From Sminthopsis crassicaudata (taxonomy: Eukaryota): DNA of 64,000 bases. Position numbers and translations under genes: made by a program. The stretch is taken from NCBI RefSeq assembly GCF_048593235.1, contig NC_133618.1:534784465-534848464 (forward strand). The letters are read 5' to 3'. A model generated the notes under the pieces. That model was not told the DNA's origin and made no database searches. It saw nothing but the letters and a program-made list of their open reading frames with translations. Shown here piece after piece: positions 62,201 to 64,000 of this stretch (position 1 is the stretch's first letter; each line of letters begins with the position of its first letter).

Positions 62201-63237
62201 TTTATGAACTTAAAAGCACTCTGAGTTATTAGCATAGCACAACTATCACCATCATGTGTATTTATCATATGAATGTTTGCCATTAGACAAATGGACTTTT
62301 GGGGAAATCTTAACATTTCTCATTTAAACAAGAACAAGTCATCAAATAGTTAAGTATTGTGTGCTTAGCCCTTATGCTAGAGAAATAAGGAATTTAAAAA
62401 AAAAATCTCTTTGGGAAAGACCAGACATGGTATTTATTCACATGAAAAACAATCGACTATAAGTACTGTAGGGATTTAGAGAAAGGACAGTTTTATGTGT
62501 AGGGAATAGTCAGGCAGGCTTCCTACAAGATCTTGAGGGATGAGTTAGATTTGGGTAGGCAGAAGGGAAGAAGAAGATATGTGGCCTCCTGGAAAGTAGG
62601 GATTGTTTTATTCTTTGTATCTTAGTGTCGGGAAAGGAAGGGGAATTTCTCTAGAAAACAAGAGTCTTTTTTGTCTCCCTCTTGCATTTTACATGTAGTG
62701 AATGTGTCCCACATTTACCAGGCTTTGCCATGTTGAAGAAAGGATATGTGAAGGAATAAAGAGGGGATGGGGAAAGGCTTTGGGAGCTTGGTTTTCCAGT
62801 AGTTTATCTTTTAAACATCCCTTGTACATGACACCATTTTTCCTTCCCTGGTGTATTTTAGTTTAGTTAGAAAGGTAAGTTGGTATTAACTAGAAAAGGC
62901 ACTGGGCTCCTAAGCTTGGGTTGTGGTCTTGGTTTCACTGTTAATTGTCTATACGACTTTAGACAAGTCACTGACTTTCTGGGGCTCAATTTCCTCATTT
63001 ACTAAACAGGGACATTAATGCCTGTCCCATCTAGCCCCAAGGGTGATTCTGAGGCTCGATCAGGTAACAAATGTGAAAAGAATTTGAAATGTTTAAATGC
63101 TCTACAATGTGAGGTGGTGTGATTTTCACTGAAGTTTAATGTTTTGTGTTGGTTTTACAGGTTGGTTTTGATCCCCATCCCCCCATGAGGGCCACTGGAC
63201 TGCCCTCCAGCCTTGCTTCCATTCCTGGAGGAAAACC
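16066..63237 (+). CDS. TLE3: TLE3 (transducin-like enhancer protein 3, Groucho family corepressor), partial gene: coding exons 1-14; WD40 exons lie outside the window
   Basis: Fourteen exons with AG/GT boundaries join in one frame (24+101+64+45+63+75+205+17+120+51+153+133+179+77 = 1307 nt), giving [113 protein letters not shown]...[26 protein letters not shown], which I recognise as TLE3. Confidence 0.98.
16204..16239. repeat. (TG)n microsatellite in intron 1
   Basis: Read directly from sequence. Confidence 0.95.
16728..16828 (+). CDS. TLE3: TLE3 exon 2 ([34 protein letters not shown]), Q domain
   Basis: ctccag|GCT acceptor; AG|gtaagg donor; 101 nt. Confidence 0.97.
17449..17512 (+). CDS. 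TLE3: TLE3 exon 3 ([21 protein letters not shown])
   Basis: ttttatag|T acceptor; ATG|gtaaga donor; 64 nt. Confidence 0.97.
18791..18835 (+). CDS. TLE3: TLE3 exon 4 ([15 protein letters not shown])
   Basis: aaacag|TAC acceptor; CAG|gtaagc donor; 45 nt. Confidence 0.97.
20070..20275 (-). mobile_element. MAR1-family SINE
   Basis: ccccatttgggattttcttggcaaagg...cattttacaggtgaggaaactgaggcaaacagg. Confidence 0.75.
21442..21621. other. Assembly gap (N run)
   Basis: N characters. Confidence 1.
23403..23640 (+). mobile_element. MAR1-family SINE
   Basis: tRNA-derived head ggatggtgcagtggatagagtgctggg; core aatggcaaaccactc...gccaagaaaa. Confidence 0.75.
27622..27810 (-). mobile_element. MAR1-family SINE
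   Basis: gtagtttgccatttccttccccagctcattttacagatg...aagtgacttgctcaagatc. Confidence 0.75.
28459..28478. promoter_or_regulatory. Perfect palindromic RFX X-box in intron 4
   Basis: GGGGTTGCCATGGCAACCCC; the core GTTGCCATGGCAAC equals the RFX consensus. Confidence 0.7.
30085..30315 (-). mobile_element. MAR1-family SINE
   Basis: ggggttttcttggcagag...gaaactgaggcaaacagttaagtgacttgcccagggtc. Confidence 0.75.
30981..31040. repeat. Perfect 2 x 30-bp tandem duplication
   Basis: aaaaaaaaaaagcataaaggaaaatagtcc occurs twice back to back. Confidence 0.95.
31085..31450 (-). mobile_element. Ancient L1 fragment
   Basis: gtttagtcattctctaattgatgagcattccctcagtttcta resembles a degraded L1 ORF2 3' end. Confidence 0.5.
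32109..32287 (-). mobile_element. WSINE1-type SINE with mixed (TTTG)/(TG) tail
   Basis: ggcaattggggttaagtgacttgccc...ccacttagctgcccc. Confidence 0.75.
33154..33398 (+). mobile_element. MAR1-family SINE
   Basis: ggacagctagatggcacagtggtagag head; ctgggcaagtcacttcatcctgtttgcctcagtttcctcatctg core; caacaa tail. Confidence 0.8.
33430..34850 (-). mobile_element. Older L1 3' fragment, split by a younger L1 insertion (host parts 33430-33785 and 34733-34850)
   Basis: Host L1 3' sequence resumes after the second TSD copy (gacgagaaccatcagaattatc...ctcatttcacttagcaccagttca). Confidence 0.75.
33786..34732 (-). mobile_element. Young 5'-truncated L1 (ORF2 C-terminus, 3' UTR, poly-A) with 16-bp TSD
   Basis: Uninterrupted ORF 34155..34772 with L1 ORF2 C-terminal motifs ([42 protein letters not shown]); poly-T on + strand; TSD GACTCATCTCATTGTT at 33770-33785 and 34733-34748. 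Confidence 0.93.
35339..35374. repeat. Poly-T tract (36 nt)
   Basis: Read directly from sequence. Confidence 0.9.
37368..37620 (+). mobile_element. MAR1-family SINE
   Basis: ggcagataggtggtacagtagatagag head; cctgtttgcctcagtttcctcatctgtaaaa core. Confidence 0.78.
38978..39040 (+). CDS. TLE3: TLE3 exon 5 ([21 protein letters not shown])
   Basis: ttttcag|ACA acceptor; GAG|gtaaga donor; 63 nt; follows a 20-kb intron 4. Confidence 0.97.
41185..41259 (+). CDS. TLE3: TLE3 exon 6 ([25 protein letters not shown]); alternative donor at 41289 adds [10 protein letters not shown]
   Basis: ctttag|CAT acceptor; GGG|gtacgt donor; second donor ACC|gtgtgt 30 nt downstream. Confidence 0.96.
42080..42213 (-). 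mobile_element. WSINE1-type SINE with 12-bp TSD
   Basis: TSD ATTTCCCCTCTT at 42068-42079 and 42214-42225; body ggggttaagtgacttgcccagggtctcacagctag. Confidence 0.82.
48235..48430 (+). mobile_element. MAR1-family SINE
   Basis: cctgagttcaaatccgacctcagac...gctgtgtgatccttgccaagtcacttaacc...caacaacaacaaaa tail. Confidence 0.78.
49507..49661 (-). mobile_element. WSINE1-type SINE with 15-bp TSD
   Basis: AGGGGATGAATTTCC (49492-49506) and AGGGGATACATTTCC (49662-49676); T-rich tail; full body ending ccacctagctgcccc. Confidence 0.85.
50408..50612 (+). CDS. TLE3: TLE3 exon 7 ([17 protein letters not shown]...[12 protein letters not shown]), GP domain
   Basis: ttacag|CAG acceptor; AGAG|gtaagt donor; 205 nt; contained in ORF 50324..50779. 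Confidence 0.97.
53823..53839 (+). CDS. TLE3: TLE3 exon 8, 17-nt micro-exon (ERESSA)
   Basis: tggaaag|AGAGAGAATCCAGTGCG|gtgagt; joins the phase-1 end of exon 7 to the phase-0 start of exon 9. Confidence 0.93.
56170..56221. repeat. (CA)n microsatellite in intron 8
   Basis: Read directly from sequence. Confidence 0.95.
57460..57579 (+). CDS. TLE3: TLE3 exon 9 (NNSVSPSES...[14 protein letters not shown]), CcN domain with KKRK NLS
   Basis: tttcag|AAT acceptor; TAT|gtaggt donor; 120 nt. Confidence 0.97.
59122..59172 (+). CDS. TLE3: TLE3 exon 10 ([17 protein letters not shown]), acidic CK2-site segment of the CcN domain
   Basis: ttgcag|GAT acceptor; GAG|gtaagt donor; 51 nt. Confidence 0.97.
60009..60161 (+). 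CDS. TLE3: TLE3 exon 11 ([17 protein letters not shown]...KTKDLGH), SP domain
   Basis: tttttag|GAT acceptor; CAC|gtaggt donor; 153 nt. Confidence 0.97.
60377..60509 (+). CDS. TLE3: TLE3 exon 12 ([24 protein letters not shown]...GMDPL)
   Basis: ttccag|AAT acceptor; TTAG|gtagag donor; 133 nt. Confidence 0.96.
60524..60550. repeat. (GT)n microsatellite just downstream of the exon 12 donor
   Basis: Read directly from sequence. Confidence 0.95.
61554..61732 (+). CDS. TLE3: TLE3 exon 13 ([17 protein letters not shown]...[14 protein letters not shown]); alternative donor at 61747 adds VSFGA
   Basis: atttag|CA acceptor; ATG|gtgagc donor; second donor GCT|gtacgt 15 nt downstream. Confidence 0.96.
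63161..63237 (+). CDS. TLE3: TLE3 exon 14 ([26 protein letters not shown])
   Basis: ttttacag|GTT acceptor; CC|gtaagc donor; 77 nt. Confidence 0.97.
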
Positions 63238-63494
63238 GTAAGCTTCTGCCTCTTAATAAATTCCCATTGGGCACAGGGTGGGATTTGAACTCTGATTAAG
63301 GTACCAAGAGTCAGTGTCAGGAAACCACTACTGGCCACCCCTTCCTTACAAACCTGGAGAGAATATTTTTTTTTTTTTTTTTTTATGATATGGGGAGGGA
63401 CCTTAGAGATCATCTTGATAATTTTTAAATAGAGGAAACACTAAGCAGTGAAAGGGAAGTGAAGTGATTTGTTCACACTCCCACACCCTCATCA

Positions 63495-63495
<1 letters not shown>

Positions 63496-63526
<31 letters not shown>
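63496..63526. repeat. (CA)n microsatellite in intron 14
   Basis: Read directly from sequence. Confidence 0.9.
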
Positions 63527-63528
<2 letters not shown>

Positions 63529-64000
63529 ACCACACCCCGCCTAGCTAGAACAAGTATTTGGGTCCTCTTGCTATTGCTCCATATTCCAGTTTTAAGAGAT
63601 GTGGCCCCAAATGCAGCTGATATCAACTGTCTCCTCTTCCTAATCCTAGCTGCAGAAAGGGAAAGGAGAAAAGATATCAGTCTGGGTGCTGGCCATTCCT
63701 TTTTATTCCTAAAAAAACACATGGCAGAGGTTGGGTCTTTAGGAGCATATTAGTCCAGTTTTCTAAGTTTCACATTCTCTGAACGTCAAAGGGCCACAGG
63801 GTTGACTTGTCTCTTTAGCTCCAGAAAAATTCAGAGAATAAAATCAAACTCCAAAAGTGCCGAGAGGTCAGCTCATTCTGGGTGCCCAGGAGCTTGGGAA
63901 CCTCTGGCCTATCTACTGAGAAGCATCTCAAAACTTTAGTGTTTTGTTTTTGTTTGTAAAAACTGGAATGGAAATAAGATAAAACCACCAGTAACTATAA

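Noticed and set aside
16066-63237. Assignment to TLE1, TLE2 or TLE4
   Set aside because: MYPQGRHP start, [17 protein letters not shown] and [15 protein letters not shown] match TLE3 specifically
1-64000. CRISPR arrays, rRNA, NUMT, endogenous retrovirus, processed pseudogenes, snRNA copies
   Set aside because: None recognised by eye on either strand; a Dfam/Rfam/BLAST scan would be needed to exclude highly degraded copies

Overview
Eukaryotic genomic DNA, most likely a marsupial. MAR1- and WSINE1-type SINEs plus marsupial-type L1 suggest a dasyurid such as Tasmanian devil (inference from repeat recognition). The window holds the 5' two-thirds of TLE3 (Groucho/TLE transcriptional corepressor) on the + strand. 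There is a multi-part CpG-rich promoter (about 10.7-16.1 kb, broken by three N gaps), a GC-rich 5' leader of about 1.2 kb with two uORFs, and coding exons 1-14 (16066-63237, 435 codons; Q, GP, CcN and SP domains). All 14 exons have canonical AG/GT sites and consistent phase. The WD40 exons lie beyond the right edge. The first 10 kb and the long introns are filled with L2, CR1/L3, L1, MIR/MAR1, WSINE1 and hAT MITE relics. I found no credible novel gene or new biological system. The best second-look items are regulatory and splicing features: a triplicated E-box/CCAAT promoter module, a perfect 20-bp RFX palindrome beside an octamer in intron 4, a 17-nt micro-exon with a G-run enhancer and a frame-compensating alternative acceptor, and a young L1 with a 16-bp TSD nested in an older L1. 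Human comparisons are from memory and need checking.
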